Assembly: GCF_006345805.1 (NCBI RefSeq)
Contig: NC_043022.1
Coordinates: forward strand, 8,928,001-8,992,000
Source of the DNA: Octopus sinensis
Lineage: Eukaryota
DNA: 64,000 nucleotides
Direction: 5' to 3'
The notes beneath the pieces were generated by a model that saw nothing but the letters and a program-made list of their open reading frames with translations, was not told where the DNA came from and ran no database searches. Position 1 is the first letter of the stretch, and each line of letters starts with the position of its first letter. Below, piece by piece: positions 40,845 to 56,325 of this stretch. Position numbers and translations under genes: made by a program.

Positions 40845-41495
40845 TAATGGTTTCAAATTTTGGCACAAGACCAGTAATTTCAGGAAAGGGCTAAGTTGAA
40901 TTACATCGACCCCAGTGACTAATTGTTATTTACTTCATTAGTTTCGATAGGATGAAAGCCAACCTCAGTGAAATTTGAACTTAGAACATCAAAACAGACA
41001 AAATAACCACTAAGCATTTTGTCTGGTGTGCTAACAATTCTGTGAGCTCGCTGCCTTATAAAAATGATATTAATTCTTTCTACTATAGGCACAAGGCCTG
41101 AAATTTTCTGGGAGGGGTATGGTCAATTAGATGAAGCCTAATGCTTAGCCAGTACTTACTTCATTGACATCAGCAGAACTTGAACTCAGTAAACACAGAT
41201 GGTTGAAATGCCACTAAGCATTCTGTCTGGTGTGCAAATGGTTCTGCTGGCTTACTGCCTTATATAATAATAATAATAATCATTATTTTTTTTAATGTTG
41301 GCACAAGGCCAGTAGTTTGGGTGAAGAAGAAGTAGTCAATTACATTAACCCTAGTACTTAAATCGTATTTTTCTTTATCAATCCTTGGAAGATGAAAGGC
41401 AAAGTTGACATCTTTGGCGTCTGAACTCAGAAGGAATGCTGTTCAGCATTTTGTCAGGCATGATAACATTTCTGTCAGTTCATCACCTAAATAAT
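40845..41495 (-). mobile_element. Three tandem old SINE B2 copies
   Basis: Repeated ggcacaag.cc..tacat..accc..gatgaaag..tgaactcag..agcatttt..ttctg. Confidence 0.75.
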
Positions 41496-41945
41496 AACAA
41501 GAAGAAGAAAAAGAGAGTCTATCCATAACTTTATGGTTGCATAGACAGCATTAAGAAAAGTATTGCTCCAATGTATGAGCTGAAGTAAGAATTGCTGTGT
41601 ATGAGAAGGGGAAGAGTAACTCAAACCCTATCCTTGATTTGTACTTAGTTTATTGAGCTCAAGAAGGATCAAAAGAAAAGTAAATTCTTGCAAGATTTGA
41701 ACCAAGAAGCACGAATGGTAGTAAGTAAATACTACTGACTCCACCAATTCTGCCAATGGTTGTTATCAATAATAATGATAATGACAAACTTATTCAAACA
41801 AATCACTCCCAGTACTAAATATTTGTTTTTGAAACCTAGTACTAACTCAATCAGTCTATTTTGCTGAACTGCCAAGTTACAGGGACATAAACATACTAAC
41901 ACCAGTTGTCAAGCAATGATGGGGACAAATAAACACACACACACA

Positions 41946-42363
41946 TACTCTTTACTCTTTTACTCTTTTACTTGTTTCAGTCATTTGACTGCGGCCATGC
42001 TGGAGCACCGCCTTTAGTCGAGCAAATCGACCCCGGGACTTATTCTTTGTAAGCCCAGTACTTATTCTATCGGTCTCTTTTGTTGAACCGCTAAGTAACG
42101 GGGACGTAAACACACCAGCATCGGTTGTCAAGCAATGCTAGGGGGACAAACACAGACACACAAACATATACACACACTTATATATATATACATACATACG
42201 ACAGGCTTCTTTCAGTTTCCGTCTACCAAATCCACTCACAAGGCATTGGTCGGCCCGGGGCTATAGCAGAAGACACTTGCCCAAGATGCCACGCAGTGGG
42301 ATTGAACCCAGAACCATGTGGTTGGTTAGCAAGCTACTTACCACACAGCCACTCCTGCGCCTA
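41946..42363 (-). mobile_element. SINE family A1 (young) nested in an older A copy
   Basis: Near-consensus A1; older A fragments on both sides. Confidence 0.9.
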
Positions 42364-43073
42364 TGTCAGGCTTCTTTCAGTTTCCGTCTACCAAATCCAC
42401 TCACAAGTCTTTGGCCAGCCTGAAGCTATAGTAAAAGATACTTGTCTAAGGTGCCATGCAGTGGGATTGAACCTGGAGGCAAACTTCTTACTACCTGGCC
42501 ACACCTACCCTTCTTACCACACAGTCATACCTGTACCTCTTACTGCACATGCACACATTTTCTGTGAATTATTCATTGATGTTCCACTATTCAAGGAGTT
42601 GGTTCATTATCCACAGACTAGTTAAACTGTGTGTGTTTGTCTGCCATCCCACCATTTGACAACTGCTGTTGGTTTCTTTGTGTCTTGATAAAGAATTTAA
42701 AGAACTAATTATTATTGAGTACTACCCAAAACTTCTGGATTTCAAACAGCAAACATTTTGACAAGAGATTTCACAATTAGAGTAACAGTGGCAGCTGCTG
42801 CTGCTGTTGTTTTTGTTGTTGCTCTTGTTTTTGTTTTTTAGCCTCTGGTGAACCACGATCAAGTTGAACTGAAATGTAATTTATTTTTCAAAACAATCTA
42901 TTTAGGACTACATTATCCAATATGTCCTTCTGCCTGCTTTTTTTTTTTATTCAATTTTGATTTATAGGCAGTCAAGTGTGATTTGAGGCAGATTTGTTTA
43001 CTCCTTCTAGCACGTCAAATGACAAAGTAAACACTCTCTTATATGTTTAGAATAGTTTGTATATTAGCTGCCT

Positions 43074-43317
43074 TTAACTCTTTACCTGTCATGTTTATCA
43101 CATTTGATAGACAGGACATATTTCCTTGGAGTCTTTACATCATATATGATACACATGCACAATTTTTTCCAACCACCAGAATAACCTGAGCCTTATGAAA
43201 GGAAAGTTTTATATTAGTCAAAATATGTTAACTAAAAGGGTTAACTAAAAGTCTGAAACCAAGCATGGACATTTATGACAAGCTTAAGGAAAACACTTTG
43301 AACAGGCAAAAGGTTAA
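43074..43317 (+). mobile_element. TTAA-flanked MITE family 3
   Basis: ttaactctttacctgt...acaggcaaaaggttaa terminal inverted repeats; second copy ~46491-46660. Confidence 0.6.
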
Positions 43318-43734
43318 GAAGCATGTTAGCTGAGGAAGCCAAAGAGTAAAAGCAGTTGATTGCGAGTTAACTTTCAAAATAATCTAATAAGATGCCTACA
43401 AAATGTCACCATTGAAACTCGAGACTGTAGTTTTATCAGCTGTATTAGAGTGACTTCATCACTCAGATTTTTTAGTTTTATCAGCTGTATTTTATGGGAG
43501 TGATTTCATCACTCAGATTTTTCTGTTTTTTGTTGTCATGACAACCAAAGGGTTTTTTATCTTGTTTCAGTCAGTGAACTGTGGCCATGCAATGGCACTA
43601 CCTTGAAAGATTTAGTCAAACAAATCAACACTAGTACTTATTCTATTGGCCACTTTTATCAAACTGCTAAATTATGGGGACATAAACAAACCAACATCAA
43701 TTGTCAAGCAGTGGTGAGAGACACACTCAAACAT

Positions 43735-43767
<33 letters not shown>

Positions 43768-44714
43768 CATATATATATGATAGGTTACTTTCAGTTTTCA
43801 TCTACCAAATCCACTCACAAAGCTTTGGTCAGCCCAGAGCTACAGCAGAAGATAATTGCCCAAGATGCTATGCAGTGGGACTGAACCCAAGACCACTTGA
43901 TTGGGAAGCAAGCTTCTTACTACACAGCCAGTATTCCTGGGAGGGTGATGAGTGTAGAGTCTCCAGGCGCCTTGTCCATAGTGTCCTCTCAGAAACAACC
44001 ATCATTAAACTTTTTGGCTGGATTCCCAAGTGTGATCATTCCAAAAATAAACCATAACAAACCCTGTGACTTGGCAGTTCAGCAAAATAGACTGATTGAG
44101 TTAGTACTAGGTTTCAAAAACAAATATTTAGTACTGGGGGTGATTTGTTTGAATAAGTTCTTCAAACAAATTATTATCATTATTATTAACAATTATTAAT
44201 TCTTCAAAAAAAATCATTATCATTATTATTGATAACAGCCATTAGCAGAATTGGTGGAGTCAGTAGTATTTACTTACTACCATTCATGCTTCTTGGTTCA
44301 AATCTTGCAAGAATTTACTTTTCTTTTGATCCTTCTTGAGCTCAATAAACTAAGTACAAATCAAGGATAGGGTTTGAGTTACTCTTCCCCTTCTCATACA
44401 CAGCAGTTTGGAGTGGTTATCTCCTTTTCCGTTACAGAAGCCAAATGGTGTACTTAAACATTTGTCTACAGTGAGAAATTTTTTCAGTGTCAAAATTCAA
44501 TGAATGGCTTTCATACAGATTCAAATATGCCCCAAGCATATTTGAACTGGTAATAACATTGCATTTATACACATCACTACTTAATGCTCTCAACCCATAA
44601 TAAGAAATAAGTATTAAGGTTGATGTGCTTGGCTAAAAACCTTTCAAAAGGGTGCTCTAGCATGGTCACAGTTCAATGACTTAAACAAGCAAACAATAAA
44701 AGGGAAAAGTTAGC

Positions 44715-45025
44715 ATCATCATCATCATTTAATGTCCGCTTTCCATGCTAGCATGGGTTGGACAAATGACTGAGGACTGGTGAACCAGATGGCTGCACCA
44801 TGCTTCAATCTTGATCTGGCAGAGTTTCTACAGCTGGATGCCCTTCCTAATGCCAACTGCTCCGAGAGTGTAGTGGGTGCTTTTTACGTGCCACCAGCAC
44901 GGGGTCAGTCAGGCTGCACTGGCAACAACCTCACTCGAATCTTTTACACATGCCACCGCCACAGGTGGCAGTAAGGCGATGCTGGTAATGATCACGCTCG
45001 ATTGGTGTCTTTTATGTGCCACCGA
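44715..45025 (-). mobile_element. SINE family C
   Basis: Same tail and internal repeat units. Confidence 0.85.
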
Positions 45026-45221
45026 TACAAAAGTAAAAGAGAACTATGTTGTTTCTGACCCTTTTTTTTTAGACCTATCATCAGGAAAAGATCATAACAG
45101 CCATTACATAGTCCTGTAGAAGGCCAGTGTGACTTATAGTTACACTGACCTTCTAGAAGAATTCATTTAGTATTGAGAGTTGGTCTGTAAGAAATTCTGC
45201 AAGAATTACTGCAGCAATAGT

Positions 45222-45636
45222 AGGCATAGGAGTGGCTGTGTGGTAAGTAGCTTGTTTACCAACCACATGGTTCCGGGTTCAGTCCCACTGCGTGGCACCT
45301 TGGGCAAGTATCTTCTACTATAGCCTTGGGCGGACCAAAGCCTTGTTAGTGGATTTGGTAGACAGAAACTGAAAGAAGCCCATTGTATATATGTATATAT
45401 ATATATATATGTGTATATGTTCGTGTGTCTGCGTTTGTCTCCCCAACATCGCTTGACAACCGATGCTGGTGTGTTTACAACCCCGTAACTTAGCGGTTCG
45501 GCAAAAGAGATCTGATAGAATAAGTACTAGGCTTACAAAGGATAAGTCCTGGGGTCGATTTGCTCAACTAAAGGCGGTGCTCCAGCATGGCCACAGTCAC
45601 ATGACTGAAACAAGTAAAAAGTAAAAAGTAAGTAAA
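45222..45636 (+). mobile_element. SINE family A1
   Basis: Full length, head to gtaaaaagtaa tail. Confidence 0.9.
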
Positions 45637-45774
45637 ATCCCGTAATCATGACTATACTCATGCTAGATTTCTATAAGAATTCATTTTACATCTGAAATCA
45701 GTCTACCAGAAGTTTTGTAAGAATTTTTCCAACAATGGAGAGAAGAGACATGCCTCACAATTTTCTACACTGTA

Positions 45775-45906
45775 TACCTTATTGCAGCCCCTATTTGCTC
45801 CATTTACTTCTCAAGATTTTTACTCACTGTTCCCAGGGCTCTGACATTATTGGTACTACTACCACCTTTTTCATCGACCACAACTGCTTAACCTCCCAAG
45901 CTAACC
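45775..45906 (-). mobile_element. R4/Dong-like LINE endonuclease-region fragment
   Basis: Minus: LAWEVKQLWSMKKVVVVPI, frameshift, ALGTVSKNLEK*MEQIGAAIR. Confidence 0.75.
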
Positions 45907-46128
45907 AGGATAAATTGATGGAGAAAGAAATGACAGAAAAATTTAAGGTAGAGTACTTGCACAGACTGAGACTGATCCTTAAGTCAAAATTAAACAGACG
46001 GAATAAGATTGAAGCTATCTACACCTGGGCAGTTTCACTCCTTAGGTATGGAGCAGGGGTAATTGCATGGACATTCGATGAGCTAAACAGCTTAGACGGA
46101 GAGTCAAGGGGGTTGCTAACTAGATATA
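45907..46128 (+). mobile_element. R4/Dong-like LINE RT-thumb fragment
   Basis: EYLHRLRLILKSKLNRRNKIEAIYTWAVSLLRYGAGVIAWTFDELNSLD, typical post-RT R4/Dong sequence. Confidence 0.85.
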
Positions 46129-48109
46129 TTATTATTATTTTACAGCAAAATATCCATCTGAAAATTTTATTGGCTCTGTTTAATTAGTGGGGTCGACAAA
46201 AAAATTCCTTTCAAATACATTCAGAGAAGTTTCTTGGTTTGGTTTCTTTCAGTGCAATCTTGCATTTGTTTGGCTTTCCATCTTTGATTCTGCATATTTC
46301 TAAGTCTTCTTTGTGTTTCTGTCTTCATTTCCTTGACATAAGGAATCAGATTGTTGTTGTTGTTGTCAAATTTAGCGTCACTCCTCTCTGCAATTAGTTT
46401 GTATAGTGTGTGATCATTTTCATCAAACCAATCAAATGGCTATACATTACTTGGGCTAAAATTTTCTGCTGCAGCACCAAGTACTGCTGATTTTACCATT
46501 TGCCTGCCATGTGTATCACATGTGACACACAGGACATATTTCCCTGACATCTGTGCCTGATATATGATACATATTCTCAATTTTTCTAGCACATTTTCAA
46601 GACAGTATAAAAACTCTCACAGTGTTTAGCCCAAAGTCAGTGCTGAACAGGCAAATCTATGATACCTTACAATCTGTTTTTTAATCTTTGTAATAACTCC
46701 AGACAACATTTTATATGTTGGAATTTTTTGAAGACAAGTGTAAGTATGATTGTGTGGATAAGAAACTTGCCTCCTAACCATGTGATCTTAGATTCAGCCC
46801 CATTGCACAGCACAGCACCTTGGATAAGTTTTCTGCTATAGCCCCAAAACAAACAGAAAATGCATGAAGCCTGTTTTGTGTGTGTGTGTGTGTGTGTGTA
46901 TACACACACACACTCACAAATATACACACATGACATGTGAAAAGTATCTACTCCACTCTGTAAAATGGTTGGTACTAGGAAGAGCATCTAGCCTTGAAAA
47001 CCATGCCAAAGTAGACATGACCACTTCTGGTGCCATGTAAAAGCACCCAGTCCACTCTGTAAAGCAGTAGGTTTTAGGAAGGGCACCCATCCATAAAAGC
47101 CAGGCCAAAACAGACAGTGGAACTTAGTGCAGTTCTCTAGCTTGCTACCTGCTGTCAAACCATACAACCCATACCAGCTTGGATTATGCACATTAAATGA
47201 TGAGGATGATGATGTGTGTGTGTATGTGTTTATGTGTAGCTTGTCTAGACATCATGTGATGAACATAAATGAGCATCATGATGATATAAAGTGATGTCAT
47301 TTGTTTATAATTTTCCATAAAAACATGTCTAGCTACAGGAAAATTACCTTCGTTGGCAACAGGGAGGACATCCATCTGGCTGTACAAAATCTGCCTTAAC
47401 CAAGTCCATCTGACCTATACCAATATGGAAAGGTGAACATTAAATGATTATATTGTTGAAACTATCTATTTCATAAACACCTCAGTTTGTAAACAATAAA
47501 TGCTAGCAATACATGTTAAAACAACTATTTCAAGCTCACACATTTCATTACATTTTTAGCTCTTTGTATCAGCTCCAAACAGGCAGACCTAAGATAGAAA
47601 GTGTTCCAGTCATGACCATACCATCGATTTTTCAGTGTTTATGCATACCCCAGACTATATATTTTTATCTTTTATCCGTTACCTTTTACTTGTTTCATTC
47701 ATTAGACTACTGTCATGCTGGGGCACTGCCTTAAAGAATTTTAGTCAAACAAATTGACTCCAGTACCTTTTTTTTTTCCTGTAAATCCTGGCCGTTATTC
47801 TATGGGGCTTTTCTGCTGAAATGCTATGTTACAAGGATGTAAATATTAAAAACACCAGTTGTTGTCAAGCAGTAAGGGCAGGAGAAAACACACACACACA
47901 GACACACAAACCATGCCGAAACTGACCTCACCTGTGCTTGTGCCTCGGAAAAAGCACTCAGTCCACCCTGCAGAGTGGATGGTATCAGGAAGGGTATCCA
48001 GCCATAAAAACCATGCTAAAACAGACAGCAAAGAATGGTGCAATCTTCTGCAAACAGTCCAACCCATACCAGCTTGGAAAGCAGAGATTAAATGACAATG
48101 AGGATATAT

Positions 48110-48172
<63 letters not shown>

Positions 48173-48204
48173 GGTACAACACACACACACACACATATAT
48201 ATAT

Positions 48205-48261
<57 letters not shown>

Positions 48262-49829
48262 TACACACACACACACAACAGGTTTCTTTGTTTACTTCAG
48301 TTCTGTCCACTGAATCCACTCACAAGGCTTTGGTTGACTTGATACTATAGAAGACACTTGCCTAAGGTGCCATGCAGTGGAACTGAACATGGAACCATGT
48401 TGTTGGGAAGCAAACGTCTTACCACACAGCCATACCTGCGCCTGTAATTACAGGGAGATTTGACAGCCATTCTTAGCAAAATCGGAGAACCGCATAGAGA
48501 GGCCATCGTTGGAGGTTGGCTGGCTGGTCACAGCAGAGCTCATGATTTACTGAGCTGAGATCAGATCCCCACCGCACAAGAGAGAGTAGATAAAATATTT
48601 ATTAGTACAAGAGACCTCTAGGAGGAGACACGGTGAATAGTTGAATAGTGTCTACATTTAATACTAGCAGTTTATTCACTTCCTATTGATAGGCAATGAA
48701 AAGGAAGAAAGAAAAAGAGAAGCAAGAAAATGAACAACTTTATCTTGACATGATCAACATATATTATTACTTCAAAAGGTTTTATTCAAATAAAACTATT
48801 TCAGTGTCTACCCTCTCTCTCTCTCTCTCTCTCTCTCTACAAAATGCAAAAACATTCAGACTTGAAATAAATAAATAAATAAAGACATAAAGAGTAAAAT
48901 AAATCTTTTAATTTTTCTCTTTTTTTTTCTTATAGTCACCGCATGCAGACTTCAATTTTTTTTTTTTACTGCCACCAATTTTATATACACACATATATAT
49001 ACATCATATATATCTATATGTACATGCACACATACATACATATATATACATATGTACACATAAATATATATATGTGCACATAGATATATGCATATATTTA
49101 TATATATGTATGTATATATATATTTATATATATAAATATATATATGCATACACAGACATGTATATATCTATATACATACGTATATGAGCGTTTTTGTATG
49201 TGTGTAATTTCATTGTATGTCATAAAAAGTTCAGTACTAGCTGACACATTTAAATCTATATAACCTTAACTTACCTCTAAGATATTGTACAGAACACAGA
49301 TGAAAATCTTTCTTCGTGTTTCAAATACAACCCAGGGAGAAATTTTTGAATTGGAAGAAAAAAGATAAATAAACAAACAAATAAATAACAAAAAAAAAAC
49401 AAAACAAAATCAACACTATATACTTGAATGGAAATGGTTTTTCAAATGTCCTCTCTTTCATTTTTTTTGTTAAAAAGAAAATATAAAACAAACTACATTT
49501 ATCGTGATCTTGTCAAGATTATGTTGCTACCTTGAAAGCATGAAAGGCAAAGGCGTAGTTAGTTTAAACTGCTGTCTTATTAATCTTCTGGGTTCAAATC
49601 CTTTCATAGAAATTTCATATTTTTCTGTGATAAAATTTACAAACAGTTCACATCATTATTGTTATCGCCATCATTGTTTTTAATGTCTAATTTTCCATGC
49701 TGTCATGGATCACATGGAATTTGTTGAGGCAGGTTTTCTACAGTTTGATGCTTTACCTGTTTCCAAGTAAGGTAATATTTCCCCATGACCAAACATGTTT
49801 TTCATGGATGTTTGGAAAGAAAGGGTACC

Positions 49830-50058
49830 TATTTTTTTTACTACCCACAAGGGGCTAAACACAGAAGGGACAAACAAGGACAGACAAACGGATTAAGTCG
49901 ATTACATTGACCCCACTGTATAACTGGTACTTATTTAATCGACTCCGAAAGGATGAAAGGCTAAGTCGACCTCGGTGGAATTTAAACTCAGAATGTATCG
50001 CCGACGAAATACGGCCATGCATTTCGCCCGGTGTGCTAACGTTTCTGCCAGCTCGCCT
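49830..50058 (-). mobile_element. SINE family B1
   Basis: Full body, inserted into an A2 copy. Confidence 0.88.
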
Positions 50059-51849
50059 GAAGTCACGAAAGGGAACAGTGTCACTTACACACACATGCAA
50101 TGGGCTTCTTTCAGTTCCCATCTACCCAATTCACTCGCAAAGCTTTGGTTTACTCAGGGCTAGTGAAGACACTTGCCCAAGGTACCATGCAGTGGGACTG
50201 AACATCAAGTGGTTGGAAAATAAACTTATCACACATCTTTGCCAATACCATATTCCCAAAGTATAATAAAAAATTTCTTCACTGTGAGCGAAAGACATTT
50301 AACATCTCATGCATAACACTTCATCAGAGAAAAAGGAAGAGTCTTGCTTTAAAGATAGAGATCTATGGTAAAGTCACATGTGCATGGTTTTGGTAAACAC
50401 ACATGTTTAGCCTCACTTTAGAAATTAGGAATTGTGAACATCTGTTGTTTACAGTAATGCTACATAAGAAGAAGAAAAGGATAAACATTTAGCAAGGACT
50501 GATTTAAAACAACTTTGGTAGTCCTTCCACTCCTCAAGGGGCTTTTCTCCCACTTAACTTCCAGAGACAGAAGAAGGAGAATTCAGTTAGTCTGAGGGAG
50601 AGACAATCAGTTGCAGGGATTGCCAAGAAAGTTGTGTGCGTGTGTGTGTGTGTGTGTGTGCGTGTGTGTGTGTGTGTGTGTTTGTGTGTGTGCAGATAGA
50701 TAGATATACACAAGCAAGCACATAGTTGCAGAAGGTGGAAAATATAGTACCAATATATTACTTATTAAAGCTGAAAAATAAATATATATAGATAGATTTT
50801 TATTTACATAACTATACATATATCTTTTTCATTATTACTAACAGAAGCAATATTAGTTCAAAATAGCCATCTGTGTATCATACTTGAAGCAGATACATTG
50901 TTAAGAATATGTGTTCCAAACATGATACATCCATAAGATATACTTTCTTGGAATGAATACCTCATTTTAAGAAGCTTACTTACATTGATGTATCTACATT
51001 AAGTATGATATACGGATTGCTATATACATTACATATGTGAGTGTGTATTTGATATTTTTATCTGTTTACTTCTGACATAGTCACCAGACTATAACCTTGC
51101 TGGGGCACAGCCTTCAGTGGTTTTAGTCAAACAGATTGGTAGCAGTACATATTCTTACATCTAGTACTTATTCTATCAGCCTATTTTCCTAGGGACAGAA
51201 ACAAACCGACATCAGTTGTCAAGCAGAAGAAGTACAAATACAAAAATATATATGCATATACATGCAAAGAAATACATATTTGTATATATATAAATATATA
51301 CAACAGTGTTCCATACATTTTCTGTCAACCAAATTCTCTCTTCAGGCATTGGTCAGCCTGGGGCTATGACAGGTGACACTAGCCCAAAGACGCCATGTAG
51401 CAGGGCTGAATCTGAAACCATTTGGTTATTTAGCAAGTGTCTTAACCATACAACTATGTCTGTGCTTATACAACATGTATGTGTGTGTGTGTGTGTGTGT
51501 ATGTGTGTAATAAATACACACACATACAGAAAAACACTTGTAAATGAACAATCTGTACACACACACACACACACTCACATACGCACACACACATACACAC
51601 ACACACGCACAGAGGCAGGCATTCGTGCAATCTCGTACAAATTTTTATATCCATGTATGTGAATGTGTGTGTTTTGGTCATGCATATGTACACCCTCATG
51701 TTCTCACACTCTCATATATATATATATGTGCATATATGTGTATGTATGTGTTAATATATGTATGTGCATATATATATATATACACACACACATACACATA
51801 AATGTGTATATGTGTGTGTATATATATGTGTGTGTGTGTGTATATATAT

Positions 51850-53685
<1,836 letters not shown>

Positions 53686-53727
53686 AAATTATATATAAAT
53701 TACATAAATATATATATATAGTAAATG

Positions 53728-53774
<47 letters not shown>

Positions 53775-54300
53775 CATAAGCATATATACATGGGTATGTA
53801 TGCATGCATGTGCAGGCAATGGCTATGTGGTTAGGAAATTTGCATTACATCCATGTGGATTTAGGTTCAACCCCACAGCACAGCACTTTGGTTAGTGTCT
53901 TCTTGTATAACCTTGACCCTACCAATGCCTTTTCAGTGAATTTAGTTGATAGAAGTTGTGTAGAGACCCGATGTGTATGTATGTATGTGTGTGTGTCTAT
54001 ATGTGTGTGCGTGTGCTTATATACATGTATGTTTGAGTGTTTGTGTATTTGAGTTTGTCACCCCTGCACCAGCACTTCACAACCAGTGTTGGTTTGTTTA
54101 TATCTGTGAGATTTCGATAGAATGAATACCAGACTTAAAGGTTCGTGTTGCTCCAGTCTACTCAGCTGTAAACAGACTTGCAATGGACCAGCACACTGTT
54201 CAGAGGGTCTGTTGGGTTTGATTTGTTTGACTAATCCTATAAGGTAGTGCTCTAGTTTGGCTGCTGTCTATCCAATGGCTAAAACAATAATAAGAGTATG

Positions 54301-54377
<77 letters not shown>

Positions 54378-55809
54378 ATATATATATGTATTGATTAATT
54401 CTATATGAAAATATTTAATTATATATACAAAGACACACACATACCTATACATATATATATATGTATAAACTCAGACATATAGAATATGTATGTATGTACA
54501 TATATATATATATATATGTACATACATGCATATACACATACATACATACATATATATATATAAATCATTCTATTTTATAAGCAAGTTGACTGTATTTATC
54601 CATTATAGTTTTCTTCCTTTTATTGTTTTTGGTGAATTTTATTTACATTTTTTTATTAATATTCTGATGAAATGCAAGAAGTGAACCAAATAATATTTTG
54701 AATAAAAATTATTTTAAAAGGTGATGAGATAAAGTGGTAGTGGTGGTGATAGTAGTAGTAGTAGTAGTAGTAGAAGAAGGAAGAGGAGGTGAAGGAGGTG
54801 GAGGAGTGTTGTTTGTTAACCCCAGGTCTTTCCTAATTGAGCCAACACCAGTCAAAGACACTATGAGTATCCAGATCTGAACTAAGAAAGAGACTCCAGT
54901 ATGGGTCACTCAACCAGCTAGAAGTATCAACCAAATCTCATACACTTCACAGCATATCATTTTAAAAATAAAAAAATCATTGGAGAGTGGAAACGTCAGT
55001 ACAATGTGTCTAAATAAAAGACAAAATGCTTACAAGTAGCTGTGACCATGATTTTGTATGTGTGTGTGTGTAGAAACTTAACAACTAGTGATTCTAAATA
55101 ATTTTTGATTTATAATTCACATATATGTATGTGTGCATATGTTTATCTATTGCTTTACTTGTTCAGTTATCCGACTATGGCCATGTTGGGGCACCACCTT
55201 CAGTGCTTATTCTATCGGTCTCCTTTACTGAACTGCCAAGTTACAGGGACATAAACACACCAACATTAATTGTCATGATGGTAGGGAGACAAACACAGAT
55301 ACACAAATACATATATGTATATGTACAACAGGTTTTTTTCAGTTTCTGTCTACCAAGTCCACACACAAAGCATTGGTCAGCCCAAGGCTACAGTAACAGA
55401 CACTTGCCCAAGGTGCCACACAGTGGGACTGAACCAGGAAACATGTGGTTGGGAAGCAAGATTCTTACCACACAGCCACTCCTGCACCTGTTGTTATAGG
55501 ATTCATTGTATTAAAAGATATAATTTATCAGAGAAATTTAATTACTAAATGGTGAGTATGGAAACTGGGTAACCAATATTTTGAGTCCTAGGAACTCAAG
55601 ACAGTAACGTCAAAGGGTGGTTGTTGTTGATGATGATGATGATGATGAAAACGATGACAACAATAGCTTCAGTGGGATTTGAACTCAAGATTCAAGAGCA
55701 GAAGCTGAAACAATCCAATGTTGATGAGGATATTGATGATAAAAAGGTTGAAAGATAGTTATTCTTGGCAGGATTTCAGCTCAGAAAGTGAAGAACCAGA
55801 ACAAACAAC

Positions 55810-56038
55810 TTAGCCCTTTTTGATACCAACTCTCCTGAGACCACCCCTAATTTTATAATACAAACTTCCTCATTTAAAGTAATTTAAATCAAAGCCTTCC
55901 ATCAAAATTCCATATTAATTTATATTCCAGAACCAGGTTAATTATGACAAAGTTATTTTATTTAACTCTTCCTTATCTTAAAAATGAATTTAAACAAAGG
56001 CAGTGTGTTTCAACAGAAACATAATAACAAATAGGTTC
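55810..56038 (+). mobile_element. TTAA-type MITE family 2 (decayed)
   Basis: ttagccctttttgatacc...taacaaataggtt; related pieces at ~19190-19382 (-) and ~28200-28322. Confidence 0.55.
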
Positions 56039-56294
56039 AGATATTTTCTTCCATGTTCTCGCTATTCTGCCTGTTCTTCCAGAGAAAAGCAAAATTTGGG
56101 CTGGTTGTTGCTTCTACGAGTTGACCCCAAGTTTATCTCATCTCCAGGGGAGTGGGGTTTATATAAATTGGAATATTGGTTATAGTTTAATTCATTTTTT
56201 TTAATGCTAAATAATTTTATCTGTATGTCTGCTTGTGTTCTGTGTGTGTGAGTGTGCATATGTATGAAAGTATGTAGGTATGTGTGTATATGTA

Positions 56295-56325
<31 letters not shown>

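Larger units (their letters stand above)
41593..44406. repeat. Near-identical inverted duplication, arms ~41593-41885 and ~44061-44406
   Basis: Arms are reverse complements with few mismatches and span the junction of two old SINE fragments. Confidence 0.85.

Noticed and set aside
43428-43525. ~46-bp tandem duplication with small hairpin, superficially hammerhead-like
   Set aside because: No CUGANGA/GAAA core; ordinary local duplication
45735-46187. 150-aa ORF as a host gene
   Set aside because: Chimera of an antisense LINE fragment and an RT-thumb fragment
49275-49420. Strong minus-strand donor AG|gtaagt
   Set aside because: No convincing acceptor or reading frame upstream
56080-56185. 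Plus-strand exon after ctgcctgttcttccag
   Set aside because: No good donor, unrecognisable peptides, and adjacent to a MITE end
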